Below the pieces are notes generated by a model, which was not told where the DNA came from, did not search any database, and saw nothing but the letters and a program-made list of their open reading frames with translations. 64,000 bases of DNA. Origin: an uncultured Clostridia bacterium. GTDB lineage: Bacteria; Bacillota; Clostridia; TANB77; CAG-508. Below are positions 1 to 10,255 of the stretch, in pieces (the stretch's first letter is position 1; each line of letters opens with the position of its first letter). Position numbers and translations under genes: made by a program. The stretch is taken from the NCBI GenBank assembly GCA_947306755.1, contig CAMZHI010000001.1:20089-84088 (forward strand). Reading direction: 5' to 3'.

Positions 1-667
1 AAGCTGTAATTGTTACCTTATTTGCTATATCTAATAGTTTTTTTATTATTGATAATTCTTGTTTGGTAAATCCTACAAATTCATCAATATATATTAAACT
101 ATTTTTAAAAATATCTATTTTCTCAATATTATGTTCTAATTTAGTTAACAAATCTGTTTCATCTATATATTTGTTTTGAATATTATATTCAAATTTTTCA
201 TAAATTAATATCATATCATTTAATTTAATTTTTAAATATTCATCATTAATATTACTTAATTCACTTTTTAAATCCGAAATTAATATTTTATTTTTTTTAA
301 ATTCTGAAATTGTTCTTATACATAAATCTATATTTTCATCAGATTTATTTAATAATCTTAAATTGTTTTTTTCTTTTTGTAAAATCGAATAAATAAGCAT
401 TGATTTTCCACATTTAGTTATATTGTTGTGAACACCATCTGTTTCACTTAATACTCTATATGCCATTCTATCAAATGTAATTACTTCCGCATTTATAATT
501 GCTTTTTTATTCTCCATTAATTTCTTTTCAGCAGTAAAGGAAAATTGTTCGGGTGTAATTATATAAATCTTGTTTTTTTCTCCTGCTTTTATTTTTTTAT
601 CTATATCATCATAGATAAATTTGCTTTTCCCGCTACCCGCTCTTCCGTATATGATTCGTAATCCCAT
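1..667 (-). CDS. addB: ATP-dependent helicase/nuclease subunit B (AddB/RexB), N-terminal part; the rest lies outside the window
   Basis: The reverse-strand translation starts MGLRIIYGRAGSGKSKFIYDDI (Walker A GRAGSGKS at the N-terminus), which matches the AddB/RexB family. The ORF runs off the left edge. Confidence 0.7.
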   Translation of the reverse strand, partial: MGLRIIYGRAGSGKSKFIYDDIDKKIKAGEKNKIYIITPEQFSFTAEKKLMENKKAIINAEVITFDRMAYRVLSETDGVHNNITKCGKSMLIYSILQKEKNNLRLLNKSDENIDLCIRTISEFKKNKILISDLKSELSNINDEYLKIKLNDMILIYEKFEYNIQNKYIDETDLLTKLEHNIEKIDIFKNSLIYIDEFVGFTKQELSIIKKLLDIANKVTITA

Positions 668-757
668 AATATCACCTACGGATAGATTATATAGATTTTG
701 TTATAAGATGTCAATATATTCAATTAATCTAATGAATATAACTATATTTATTATGAA

Positions 758-837
758 GTAAGAAGTAGAAAGTCGGAAGTTAGATATAGAATATCACAAT
801 TCTTACTTCCAACCTCTTACCTCTTACCTCATACCTC
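758..837. repeat. Dispersed intergenic imperfect palindrome, family A copy 1 (purine-rich arm GTAAGAAGTAGAAAGTCGGAAGT, then pyrimidine-rich arm CTTACTTCCAACCTCTTACCTC)
   Basis: The arms read directly as GA/GT-rich followed by CT-rich and can pair with G-U wobble. The same architecture recurs 11 times in the window. Confidence 0.55.
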
Positions 838-872
838 ATGTATTTATACATTAATTACTTACTAATAGCAAA

Positions 873-1592
873 CTAATTATAAAAATAATTTATTATTCCA
901 TTATAAATTCCCCAAGCAAGTTTATTTTGATATTCATCATTTAATAATAGAGTTTCTTCATTAGGATTTGACAAAAATCCACATTCTACAATTGTAGTTG
1001 GAATCTCAACATGTTTTATAATATAAATGTTATCTATACTTTTTGCTACTCTATTATTAGGCTTATCTATTGTTTCATTTAAACTATTCTGTATTTGTTT
1101 TGCTAGATTTGCTCCTTGTTCACTACCTTCTTTATAAAAAGTTTGCCATCCATCATATTTTGATTGTGGTATTTTATTTAAATGTATAGAAACAAATATA
1201 TCAGCAGATGATTCGTTTCCTATTTTTACTCTATTATGAATATCAGATATTTTTTTCTGTCTTAATGTTTTACAATCAATATCATATATTGCATTTTCAT
1301 CTGAACGAGTAAGTATTACTGTTGTTCCGCTTTGCTCAAGTAAGTTTTGAATTTTTAATGCAATTTTTAAATTCGTTTCTGCCTCTGTTGTTCCTCTTGA
1401 ACTTTCTGCTCCTTCATCTGGAATACCATGACCTGCATCAATGATAATTACTTTATTTGAAATTGGAAGACTCACTGTAGCAATGTAATTGTTTTGACCC
1501 TTTAAACTATCTGTTGAAAAAACAAAAACAAAAATAGCAATAAAAACGCTTGTAATAACAAAAGTTAATCTTTTTTTATTTAATATAATCAT
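873..1592 (-). CDS. cwlD: N-acetylmuramoyl-L-alanine amidase, germination-specific CwlD-like (Amidase_3)
   Basis: Signal/TM N-terminus, then IIDAGHGIPDEGAES...VSIHLN typical of Amidase_3/CwlD. Sits in a sporulation-gene context. Confidence 0.8.
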   Translation of the reverse strand: MIILNKKRLTFVITSVFIAIFVFVFSTDSLKGQNNYIATVSLPISNKVIIIDAGHGIPDEGAESSRGTTEAETNLKIALKIQNLLEQSGTTVILTRSDENAIYDIDCKTLRQKKISDIHNRVKIGNESSADIFVSIHLNKIPQSKYDGWQTFYKEGSEQGANLAKQIQNSLNETIDKPNNRVAKSIDNIYIIKHVEIPTTIVECGFLSNPNEETLLLNDEYQNKLAWGIYNGIINYFYN

Positions 1593-1680
1593 ACCTGACT
1601 CCTAATTTTATTAATTTCTAAATAATTATATTAATTAAATCATTTATTATTACAATTATAGAATTATTTAAAATTTTAAG

Positions 1681-1750
1681 TTGGATGTTGGGGGTCGGAT
1701 GTTGAAAGTGGGAAATAAGATATTAGAAGTTAAAAGTGCGAAGTGTAAAG
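1681..1750. repeat. Family A repeat, half-copy (GT/GA-rich arm only: TTGGATGTTGGGGGTCGGATGTTGAAAGTGGG...)
   Basis: Same GGATGT/GGAAGT word composition as the other copies. No clear pyrimidine arm is present. Confidence 0.35.
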
Positions 1751-1785
1751 TTTTAATACTAACTTTTATATAAAATCTGAAGATA

Positions 1786-1822
1786 AAAAAAGACTCTTGC
1801 AGATAGCTGTAAAAGTCTTTTA
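1786..1822 (-). terminator. Rho-independent terminator downstream of hup
   Basis: Hairpin AAAAGACT...AGTCTTTT followed by a T-run on the minus strand, immediately 3' of hup. Confidence 0.45.
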
Positions 1823-1845
1823 TATATTAATATTAATAATTTAAA

Positions 1846-2130
1846 TTAATTTTTTTTGTTGTTAACTGTATTTTTTAATGCTTTACCAGCTTTGAATACA
1901 GGAGCTTTTGATGCAGGTATTTTGATTTCTTGTTTTGTTTGTGGATTTCTTCCTTTTCTAGCAGCTCTTTTTCTTACTTCGAAAGATCCAAATCCAACTA
2001 ATTGAACTTTATCTCCTTTTTTTAATGCTTCTGTTACTACTTGAGTAAATGCATTAACAACTGCTTCAGAAACTTTTTTTGTGCATTCTGTTTTTGCAGC
2101 TATTGCTGCTACTAATTCAGCTTTGTTCAT
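1846..2130 (-). CDS. hup: DNA-binding protein HU
   Basis: [15 protein letters not shown]...[20 protein letters not shown] is the canonical HU/IHF fold sequence. Confidence 0.92.
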   Translation of the reverse strand: MNKAELVAAIAAKTECTKKVSEAVVNAFTQVVTEALKKGDKVQLVGFGSFEVRKRAARKGRNPQTKQEIKIPASKAPVFKAGKALKNTVNNKKN

Positions 2131-2320
2131 TATAATTACCTCCTAAAAAATTGTATGTAGCTACTTAAAAATGCAGTATTAAAGCATTTCGTATCTACTT
2201 TACTTTATTTATTCGCCATACTTCGATAAATTCCCTCATTTTTTTTATATTTTTTTTATTTTTTTCTTATTTCAAGCCTATTTCAAAGGTCTGCATGTTT
2301 TAGTTGTTTTTTGTTTTTCT

Positions 2321-3703
2321 TTATTTATCAGTTTTTTGGTACTTTTGTTTACGTAAATCTTTTATTAGTACTATTATACCTATTAAACATGATAAAAAAT
2401 TACTTGATATATTTCCAATAATTGCCCCCATTATACCTAATTTTACATTAGGAATTAACAATATATTACATGTAATTTTAATTATTGTTCCCAATATTCC
2501 ACTAATTACAGATATATTAGCTTTACCTAACACTTGAAGTATTGCATTTATAGTTTGGTTTAATAAAACAAAGATTATTCCAATACTAGATATTTTTAAA
2601 TATAGATATCCAGAATTTGCATTTGGAAATAATATTTTTAATACTATATTAGGGAACAAATACATTATCAATGTACTTGGTACTCCAATTAATATTGTTA
2701 TTCCTATAAATGCATTAATCATTTTATAAAATCTTTTTATGTCACCTTTTGTAATAGCTTTTGTAATATTAGGTATAAAAACTGTTACAAATGGTGTATT
2801 TAATGAAAGAGCAATCGAACATAAAATATCAATTTTTCCACTTAATATTCCATATTGGATTCTTGCATTATTCTCGTCAATAATTTTTTTTAAAAATCTA
2901 ATTACTGTAAATGAATCAATTATTTTATTAAATGATGATATTATACTACATAGTGATATTGGAATTGCTTCTTTCATAATTACTTTTATTGTTTTTCTTA
3001 CTCTTGTTGGTTTATAATTTATAGTTTGAATTATTTCTTGACCAATTTCTTTTCTTTTTTTTTTATAAAATAACCAAATATATACTAGGCATATAATAGT
3101 TGCTAAGGTAGTTGCTAAATTTGCTGCTCCTGCTAACTTACCTACATTGTTATTTCTTACTAATGCTGTAATTTCTACTAGCAAAATCGTAAAAACTGTT
3201 TTACACACTTGTTCCAAGCTTTGAGATTTTGCAGTTAAAGAAAAACTTTGTCTTCCATTAAAATATCCTCTAAACACCGCTATAATTGAAACAAAGAAAA
3301 TTGAAGGTGCAAGACATATTATAGAATTTTCAGCTTCTGGTATTTGAATCCAATCTCTAGATATTTTTTTTGCACCTAAAAAAAGAATGCATGTTGCAAT
3401 TCCTCCTATTAGTGCAAAAGAAAAAAAAGATATTTTAAAAATTTTATGTGCACCTTTCGAATCACCAACTGCAAGTCTTTCCGAAATTAACTTTGAAATT
3501 GCACTTGGTATTCCTATTGAAGAAAAAGCTAATAATAATGCATAAATTTGAAAGCCACTGCTATATATTGCATTTCCAGCATCTCCAAAACCATCTTTAT
3601 TGGTTAAATAAAATTTATATACAAAACCTATTATCTTTATAAAAATCTGCGATATTAATAAGTAAGCTATTCCTTTAAAAAAACTCTCTTTTTTACAATT
3701 CAC
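2321..3703 (-). CDS. MOP-superfamily polysaccharide/peptidoglycan-lipid flippase, SpoVB-like
   Basis: 460 aa and polytopic. The N-terminus FFKGIAYLLISQIFIKIIGFVYKFYL resembles the polysaccharide biosynthesis protein / SpoVB family. Confidence 0.65.
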   Translation of the reverse strand: MNCKKESFFKGIAYLLISQIFIKIIGFVYKFYLTNKDGFGDAGNAIYSSGFQIYALLLAFSSIGIPSAISKLISERLAVGDSKGAHKIFKISFFSFALIGGIATCILFLGAKKISRDWIQIPEAENSIICLAPSIFFVSIIAVFRGYFNGRQSFSLTAKSQSLEQVCKTVFTILLVEITALVRNNNVGKLAGAANLATTLATIICLVYIWLFYKKKRKEIGQEIIQTINYKPTRVRKTIKVIMKEAIPISLCSIISSFNKIIDSFTVIRFLKKIIDENNARIQYGILSGKIDILCSIALSLNTPFVTVFIPNITKAITKGDIKRFYKMINAFIGITILIGVPSTLIMYLFPNIVLKILFPNANSGYLYLKISSIGIIFVLLNQTINAILQVLGKANISVISGILGTIIKITCNILLIPNVKLGIMGAIIGNISSNFLSCLIGIIVLIKDLRKQKYQKTDK

Positions 3704-3803
3704 TAAAAAAATCCTTTCTTTATGGTTTATAATTAAATATTAAAGTTCAGTAATTTAATAATAAAAGATACCATTTAATAGATATTTAAAGTTGCAGAAA
3801 AAT

Positions 3804-4022
3804 GTAGGGGCGATTTTAATCGCCCGACTAAAGATATTACCATGTTAATTATATTTTTCATTTTACATGATATTCTCCTAAACAAATTTAAAAATTAAAT
3901 GTTTTATTTCTTTATTTGTTTGTGTTTATTTTTAAATTATTGTTCATGTATTTTCTAATTCTTTATTATGCCGTGAACATTTTAGCTGAATTAATATTGC
4001 GGGCGATTAAAATCGCCCCTAC
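3804..4022. repeat. Two inverted copies of a 23-bp GC-rich hairpin (family B: GTAGGGGCGATTTTAATCGCCCG at 3804-3826 and its reverse complement at 3999-4022) flanking 172 bp of AT-rich DNA
   Basis: Perfect 7-bp GC stem GGGCGAT/ATCGCCC. The same unit recurs at 18863-18886 and 28441-28464. The paired inverted arrangement here is MITE-like. Confidence 0.6.
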
Positions 4023-4086
4023 TGTTTCTCTATAATTTTTACATACTAAACTGTACTTAATTTAATTATGAATTTTACTAAAACTA

Positions 4087-4134
4087 TTGACATTTTCGCT
4101 TTTTTGTATTAAAATTATTCGGTACAAAGTAAAA
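4087..4134 (+). promoter_or_regulatory. Putative sigma-A promoter for rplM-rpsI
   Basis: TTGACA (4087-4092), 17-bp spacer, TAAAAT (4110-4115). A possible leader lies downstream. Confidence 0.4.
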
Positions 4135-4221
4135 ATATGAATTAAATATTAAACTTCTCCCCGGTGGTTTTTTGTTTAATTATCATATATTAAATATTAA
4201 AATAGGAGGGTACATTTTGCT

Positions 4222-4656
4222 ATGAATAATACAACATATAGTGTTAAAAAAAGTGAAATTCAAAGAAAATGGTATATAATTGATGCTGCAAATAAGCCTT
4301 TAGGAAGAGTTGCTACAGAAGCTGCTAGATTACTTGCTGGAAAACACAAACCAATCTATACAACCAATATTGATACAGGTGATTTCGTTATAGTTATCAA
4401 TTGTAAAGAAGTTAAATTTACAGGAAACAAATTAAATGCAAAAATCTACAGACATCATTCTGGATATATTGGTGGAATGAAAGAAGCTACTGCAAAAGAA
4501 ATGATGGATAAAAGTCCTGAAAATGTTATGACACTTGCAATAAAAGGAATGTTACCACATAATACTTTAGGTAGACAAATGTTAAAAAAATTAAGAGTTT
4601 ATAGTGATAACAAGCATGAAAATCAAGCTCAAAAACCAGAAATTTGGAATTTTTAA
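4222..4656 (+). CDS. rplM: 50S ribosomal protein L13
   Basis: 144 aa, beginning MNNTTYSVKKSEIQRKWYIIDAANKPLGRVAT..., a strong L13 match. RBS AGGAGGG upstream. Confidence 0.95.
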   Translation: MNNTTYSVKKSEIQRKWYIIDAANKPLGRVATEAARLLAGKHKPIYTTNIDTGDFVIVINCKEVKFTGNKLNAKIYRHHSGYIGGMKEATAKEMMDKSPENVMTLAIKGMLPHNTLGRQMLKKLRVYSDNKHENQAQKPEIWNF

Positions 4657-4677
4657 ATAAATAAGGAGGGAATATAA

Positions 4678-5079
4678 ATGCCTAAAGCAGAAAAAAAATA
4701 TTATTATGGTACTGGTAGAAGAAAGAAATCTGTTGCTAGAGTTAGATTAATAGAAGGAAATGGAAAGATTTCTATTAATGGCAAAGATTTAGATGAATTT
4801 TTTGGAATAGAAACATTAAAAGTAATTGTTAAACAACCATTAACAGTTACCAATACTTTAGCTAAATATGATGTAATTTCTTCTGTAAATGGTGGAGGAT
4901 ATACTGGTCAAGCAGGAGCAATCCGTCATGGTATTGCAAGAGCTTTAAATAAAGCTAACCAAGAATTGAGACCTATATTAAAATCTAATGGATTTTTAAC
5001 AAGAGATCCACGTATGAAAGAAAGAAAAAAATACGGACTTAAAAAAGCAAGAAAAGCACCACAATTTTCAAAGAGATAA
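4678..5079 (+). CDS. rpsI: 30S ribosomal protein S9
   Basis: 133 aa ending ...[14 protein letters not shown], the S9 C-terminus. Follows rplM in the conserved operon order. Confidence 0.95.
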   Translation: MPKAEKKYYYGTGRRKKSVARVRLIEGNGKISINGKDLDEFFGIETLKVIVKQPLTVTNTLAKYDVISSVNGGGYTGQAGAIRHGIARALNKANQELRPILKSNGFLTRDPRMKERKKYGLKKARKAPQFSKR

Positions 5080-5116
5080 TAATCAATTCTTTTCAAATAA
5101 AACTAAAAAAATTACA

Positions 5117-5156
5117 AAAACCCAATTTTGTCACATGACAATGGGTTTTTTCTTTT
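5117..5156 (+). terminator. Rho-independent terminator after rpsI
   Basis: CCCAATTTTGTCA/TGACAATGGG stem followed by TTTTTTCTTTTTT. Confidence 0.5.
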
Positions 5157-5301
5157 TTATACTCTCTCCATTTTTCTCTAAAATAATATATCAAACTATA
5201 CTTTTATAAAAACTGATTACCTTAAAAGATTATATTTTTAAATATTTTTCTGCTATATTTATTGCCTTGATGATTATATTAGTAATATTTTTTTACTAAA
5301 A

Positions 5302-5333
5302 AAACTCTCAATTTTTCACTGAGAGTTTTTTAT
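5302..5333 (-). terminator. Hairpin terminator downstream of the 5346-5825 gene
   Basis: AACTCTCA...TGAGAGTT stem flanked by A/T runs on both strands. Confidence 0.4.
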
Positions 5334-5345
5334 CAATTATCATAA

Positions 5346-5825
5346 CTATCTTCCTTCTTCACTTCTTTTGTTCATATAATCTTTGATATTTTCTCCAAAA
5401 ATGAGTTTTAACAATTCTGGTGCCGACATCATTATTCCATCTGGATTTTCCATTGATTTTCCATTCATAACTGTTCTTGTAAAACCACTAGGAGTAAATG
5501 ATTCTCCTGATACAGCCTTACCAGTAGTTCCATCATAAACTGTTAAACTTCCAATATTGTCACTTGAAAGTTCATTTTCAGGATCTGTAGCAACATATTG
5601 ATAATCAACAACTGCTCCTTTTGGAAAATCATGCGTTTGTAAATGTGTAAATCCTAAATCTTCTATAAAATCGATAACTCTACCATATCCACTAATTGTT
5701 GTTACTTTTCTATCTGAATTATAACCTTGGTACACAGTAGTTTTTTTTGCAAATAAAATCACTCCATCGTCATTAGTTACAATCTCTAATATACCATTAT
5801 TCTCTTTAACTTTTATTCTCTTCAT
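5346..5825 (-). CDS. Hypothetical protein (159 aa)
   Basis: Clean ORF with no recognisable motif. It lies immediately left of the IS element. Confidence 0.45.
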   Translation of the reverse strand: MKRIKVKENNGILEIVTNDDGVILFAKKTTVYQGYNSDRKVTTISGYGRVIDFIEDLGFTHLQTHDFPKGAVVDYQYVATDPENELSSDNIGSLTVYDGTTGKAVSGESFTPSGFTRTVMNGKSMENPDGIMMSAPELLKLIFGENIKDYMNKRSEEGR

Positions 5826-5885
5826 AACTTTTAAATTTCCCCCTCTTTTATTATTTTATCATACAATCTTTTACGTGTCAATCAT

Positions 5886-7100
5886 CTTTACATATCGTTA
5901 TTTTTCCATATGTAGTGTTACAATTGATGTGAAACAAAATGATATAAAAATTGAATAAGTGATTTAAATCATATATAATTGAGTTGCGAAAACAAATTAT
6001 ATAAAGGAGATTTAAATCACTTATGAATAATAGTATAACACAAAACAATAAAAAAAGATACCTTCCACACGATATTAATACAAGAAAATATGCAGTAGAG
6101 ATGTATAGAAATTGTGGAGATATAGATTATGTATGTAGAAAATACCATATTTCAAGAATTTCACTATGGAGATGGAATAAAAAATATGATGGAACAAAGG
6201 AAAGTGTGACAGATAAATCACATAGACCAATTAGTAAACATCCAAATGCACATACAAATCAAGAAATAAGATGGATAAGAAATTATGTAAGGAAAAATCC
6301 AAGAATAACATTGTGTGAATTATGGGCTAAACTAAAAAGAGAAAAAGGATATACCAGAACAATAACAGCATTGTATAGAGTAATGAGAAGATTAGACATA
6401 AAATTTTACAAAGGGATGAATATAAAGAATACCTCAAAGAAAAAACACAATAAGAAATATGAAACTCCAAAAAATATAGGAGAAAAAGGACAAATGGACG
6501 TGAAATATGTACCAAATGAATGTAAGAGCAAAAATTTGCCAGAAGACAAAAAATTCTATCAATACACATATGTAGATGAAGCAACCAGAGAAAGATACTT
6601 GTACTGGTACGAAGAACATACGCCAGCAAATACGGTAGATTTTGTGAAGAGATTAATAGAATACTTAGGCTACAAGCCGAAAGAGATACAGACAGATAAT
6701 GGAACAGAATTCACGTATAATCAAGCAAAAATCAAGAAAACACATCCATTAGAGAAGCTGTTAAAAGAATTAGGAATAAAGCATCATAAAATACAACCAA
6801 GAACACCACAGCATAATGGAAAAGTAGAAAGAAGCCATAGAAATGATAATGAAAGATTCTATAGCTATTTAAAGTTTTACAGTATAGAAGATTTGCGAGA
6901 GCAAGGAAAAAGATATTTAAAAAGATCAAACAATATACCAATGGCAGTATTGAAATATCTTACCCCTAAGGAGAAAAGGGCAGAATTAGAAGGATTTGGA
7001 ATGATAAATTATGCAATTTAATTATATAGATTAAATTTTTATACTTTTTTGTTTCACATCATTGACACTTATACACTTTACATATCGTTATTTTTCCATA
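5886..7100 (+). mobile_element. IS481-family insertion sequence, about 1.17 kb core (5911-7075) with imperfect terminal inverted repeats and flanking 25-bp direct repeats
   Basis: Left end TGTAGTGTTACAATTGATGTGAAACAAAA and right end ...TTTTGTTTCACATCATTGACACTTATACA are inverted repeats sharing ATGTGAAACAAAA. CTTTACATATCGTTATTTTTCCATA occurs at 5886-5910 and again at 7076-7100. Confidence 0.65.
6023..7021 (+). CDS. IS481-family DDE transposase (HTH plus rve integrase core)
   Basis: DDE triad in VDEATRE ... TDNGTEF ... PRTPQHNGKVERSHR. The PxTPQxNGKVER signature is typical of IS481. Single 332-aa ORF. Confidence 0.8.
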   Translation: MNNSITQNNKKRYLPHDINTRKYAVEMYRNCGDIDYVCRKYHISRISLWRWNKKYDGTKESVTDKSHRPISKHPNAHTNQEIRWIRNYVRKNPRITLCELWAKLKREKGYTRTITALYRVMRRLDIKFYKGMNIKNTSKKKHNKKYETPKNIGEKGQMDVKYVPNECKSKNLPEDKKFYQYTYVDEATRERYLYWYEEHTPANTVDFVKRLIEYLGYKPKEIQTDNGTEFTYNQAKIKKTHPLEKLLKELGIKHHKIQPRTPQHNGKVERSHRNDNERFYSYLKFYSIEDLREQGKRYLKRSNNIPMAVLKYLTPKEKRAELEGFGMINYAI

Positions 7101-7269
7101 TCGTTATTTTTTAATTCTTGTCCATATAAGTTATTTTTTTAATGTTCTTATTTTTATTTAATGCTTCGAATATTTAATTTTTTACTGGTTCATATTATTG
7201 GTGTGTTCTATTCAAAAATAGTGTTCAGTGGCATTTTAATATTCTTAAAAGTCTATTTTTGTTTTTTTA

Positions 7270-9153
7270 CTATCTTTTAAATTTATTAAAAAACTTGTTT
7301 TTTTTGTTCTTTTCTTTATTTTCAATATTAATATACTCGTTTCCCCAATCATCATCCTTTTTTCTATTATGGTTAGTTTTTTGTTGTCTATTTTTTTTGG
7401 TTATATTATTCCCCCATATATCATAATCAGCTTCTTCTTCAAAATCCTCTATATCTTCTATTGTTTCACTCTCTCTATAATCATCCTCTTCGTATTCTTC
7501 CCATTCATCATCATATCCCATGTCTTCATCAAATTCTTCTTCATTTTCATCCAAATTCTCTTCGTATTCATCCACCTCAACATCTTCATTCCATTCATCA
7601 TCTTCATTATCATCTTCTTCATCTAAATTTATTTCTTGATCTTCAAAGTCTTCATCTAAGCTATCTATATCTTCATCCCATTCATCATCTTCTAAAGTAT
7701 CTTCACGATTTATATCATTTGCAATATTATTTTTCAATTCATTATTATCTTCAGGATCTTGAATCCCTAAAATAATATCAATTTTTCTATCAATATCACT
7801 CTTTAAATTATCTTCTTCATTTGAATCTTTCTCTCTTTTTTCTTTCTCTTCTATATTTTTATCTTTTATTATATTGTAATTTGTGTCTAGTTGTTCTTCA
7901 GTATTATAATCAACAAAACTGTCTTCTTCATCACTAGAATCATCTTCATTATCATATTTAAAAAAATCTCCTAAATTTCTGTTGTATTCCTTTGTAACAC
8001 ATTTATTAAATACATCGTAAATCTTTTTCATTCCATCTATTCGCCAACGATTAGGATTAATAACTGTTACAGGTAATTTTAATTTTTTAACTTGATTTTC
8101 AAATTCCTCTGCTTTGCTTTCTAAATCTTTTAAGTACTCAATATTATATAAATCAATATAAGATTTTTTTGTTGCTTTTTTAGTAATTTCTTTAATTAAT
8201 AATGCATATAAATTATTAATCTGAACCAAATCTTCATTTACATTTTTACATGATTCCTCCATAAGCTTTTTATATTCGCTCTCACCATTTACGGCTGCAA
8301 GCCTTTCATTATCAAGGAATTGTATTATATATTCTTTTATAGCGGAAATAAGTCTAAGTTTACATTTTGAGTCAATTATTGTTTTTTTATGTTTTTCCAT
8401 TTTTATTGAATTATTTTTAATTTCTGAAAATAGTTTATTAGTTTTTTCATATATATTGGATAAAATATCTGTTTCTCTTTTTTGAGCATCTATACTGACT
8501 ATAATTGCCTGCTCTATTACATCTTCATTAAATGGAACTTTTTCTTTTTCTCCGTTTTTTTGTATCTTATTTTTTATTTCTGTTTCAATTTCTGTAGAAT
8601 CAATCTCAATAAATTGTTTAGCTCTCTTTTCTAAATTCATATCAATATTTTTAAAATTTTCTAATGTTTCATTTAATTTATTATTATAATCTTTTTCTAT
8701 GACTCTTCTCTTTTTCCCAATTTTATCCCTAATTACACTTTTTTCATTAAACTCAGCAACTATATTGGTAAAATTGGATGCGTTTTCTTTTATTTCTTCA
8801 TCTATGTTACTAATATTTGTATTGATTTTGTCCAATTTTTTTTGAATTAAATTTGCATCTTCATCAATATTTTCAAAAATTTTGTTTCTTTCTTCTTGAA
8901 ATTGAATATTTTTTTTATTTAAACTCTCTTGCGTTTTTTGTATATCTCTAATTCTATTTGCAATAATGTCATATTCAATTATTATTTCTTCTTCTTCTTC
9001 TGTAATTGCTTTATATTTTTCAGATACGTCAATAAGCTCACAATATAATGAATAATTAACCTTTATATTATTCTTAAAATTATATCCAAATAAATTGTCA
9101 AAATATCTTTCAATAATTATTGCATTTCTCTCATACATTTGTATTACCTCCAT
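7270..9153 (-). CDS. Hypothetical coiled-coil protein with an extremely acidic D/E-rich C-terminal 180 aa
   Basis: 627 aa. Long K/E-rich coiled-coil stretches, then DEDIDSLDEDFEDQEINLDEEDDNEDDEWNED... No catalytic motif recognised. Confidence 0.55.
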   Translation of the reverse strand: MEVIQMYERNAIIIERYFDNLFGYNFKNNIKVNYSLYCELIDVSEKYKAITEEEEEIIIEYDIIANRIRDIQKTQESLNKKNIQFQEERNKIFENIDEDANLIQKKLDKINTNISNIDEEIKENASNFTNIVAEFNEKSVIRDKIGKKRRVIEKDYNNKLNETLENFKNIDMNLEKRAKQFIEIDSTEIETEIKNKIQKNGEKEKVPFNEDVIEQAIIVSIDAQKRETDILSNIYEKTNKLFSEIKNNSIKMEKHKKTIIDSKCKLRLISAIKEYIIQFLDNERLAAVNGESEYKKLMEESCKNVNEDLVQINNLYALLIKEITKKATKKSYIDLYNIEYLKDLESKAEEFENQVKKLKLPVTVINPNRWRIDGMKKIYDVFNKCVTKEYNRNLGDFFKYDNEDDSSDEEDSFVDYNTEEQLDTNYNIIKDKNIEEKEKREKDSNEEDNLKSDIDRKIDIILGIQDPEDNNELKNNIANDINREDTLEDDEWDEDIDSLDEDFEDQEINLDEEDDNEDDEWNEDVEVDEYEENLDENEEEFDEDMGYDDEWEEYEEDDYRESETIEDIEDFEEEADYDIWGNNITKKNRQQKTNHNRKKDDDWGNEYINIENKEKNKKNKFFNKFKR

Positions 9154-9255
9154 ATTCTATATTTAAGAATTTATAAATAAACACATCTTATTCATTAAAA
9201 CAAAATGAAATCAAAAATTATTATACCCAATAATTTTCAATTTCATAACGTTTCT

Positions 9256-10176
9256 TTATTTTTTTCTTCTGTCAATTGCATAACTACTACCCATAACAGC
9301 TTTTACTGCATGCTTTACCTGAGCTGATACATCTCCAATCTCCAATATATTATTAAACCTTCCATTTTCAGCAACTACAACAGCAATTGAAATTGAAGTT
9401 AATGGGAATCTTTCTACTATTCCTTTTCTGTTTGCAACCTCTATATAACCTTGTTCCCCATCTTCTTCTGTATAGAACCTTTTTATACTATGATCAAAAT
9501 AAAATATCACTTCTTGACAAATTCTTTCAACTTCTGTACTTTCAACTATTGCAATAAAATCATCTCCACCTATGTGTCCTACAAAACCTCCACCAAAAGT
9601 ATGTATTGCACTAGAAATTGTATTTGCGGTAAATTTAATTATCTCATCACCTTTTAAAAAACCATAAACATCATTATATGCTTTAAAATTATCTAAATCA
9701 AAATATAAAACTGAAAAATCTTCTTTTTTTAATAAACATTTTTTTAACTCTGCTTGAATTTGTACATTTCCTGGAAGTCCAGTTAATGGGCTCATTCTTC
9801 TGTTAGTTGATAACAGTCTGCTAAGATTTTTTACAGTATAATATAAATATCCCTCATCAACTGGTTTTTTTATGAAATATTCTATGGATTCGCTTAATAT
9901 TCTCATTCTATGTTCTCTTGAGCTATTTGACGAAACAACTATAACAGGTGTTATTGTATTATTCTCATCTTTGCGTATTTTTCTACATATTTCTATTACA
10001 TCTCTATCAATTGCATCTTCATTTATTATTATAAGTGATGGGATACTCTTTAGAGCAATATCTATTTGATTTGTCTTTACACTAATAAACTTATATTCTT
10101 TATCTTCTCTAAATAATTCCCTAAAGATTACTATAGAAGTATCATCATCATCAATTATATAAACCTCATTTACCAT
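9256..10176 (-). CDS. Response regulator with a GGDEF (diguanylate cyclase-like) output domain
   Basis: N-terminal REC domain (MVNEVYIIDDDD...). C-terminal GGDEF domain with the signature written GGDDF (HIGGDDFIAIV), plus RxxD-like context. Confidence 0.8.
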   Translation of the reverse strand: MVNEVYIIDDDDTSIVIFRELFREDKEYKFISVKTNQIDIALKSIPSLIIINEDAIDRDVIEICRKIRKDENNTITPVIVVSSNSSREHRMRILSESIEYFIKKPVDEGYLYYTVKNLSRLLSTNRRMSPLTGLPGNVQIQAELKKCLLKKEDFSVLYFDLDNFKAYNDVYGFLKGDEIIKFTANTISSAIHTFGGGFVGHIGGDDFIAIVESTEVERICQEVIFYFDHSIKRFYTEEDGEQGYIEVANRKGIVERFPLTSISIAVVVAENGRFNNILEIGDVSAQVKHAVKAVMGSSYAIDRRKK

Positions 10177-10255
10177 TTTAAAAACCCTTCCCTGTTGTTT
10201 AAATCTAATTAGAAAAAAGAATGAAAGTATAATTACAAAAAAATCTTTTTATTAT

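Noticed and set aside
2304-3642. Small plus-strand ORFs (77, 92 and 64 aa) inside the SpoVB-like gene
   Set aside because: They are antisense to a well-supported 460-aa membrane protein gene, are low-complexity and AT-rich, and have no RBS.
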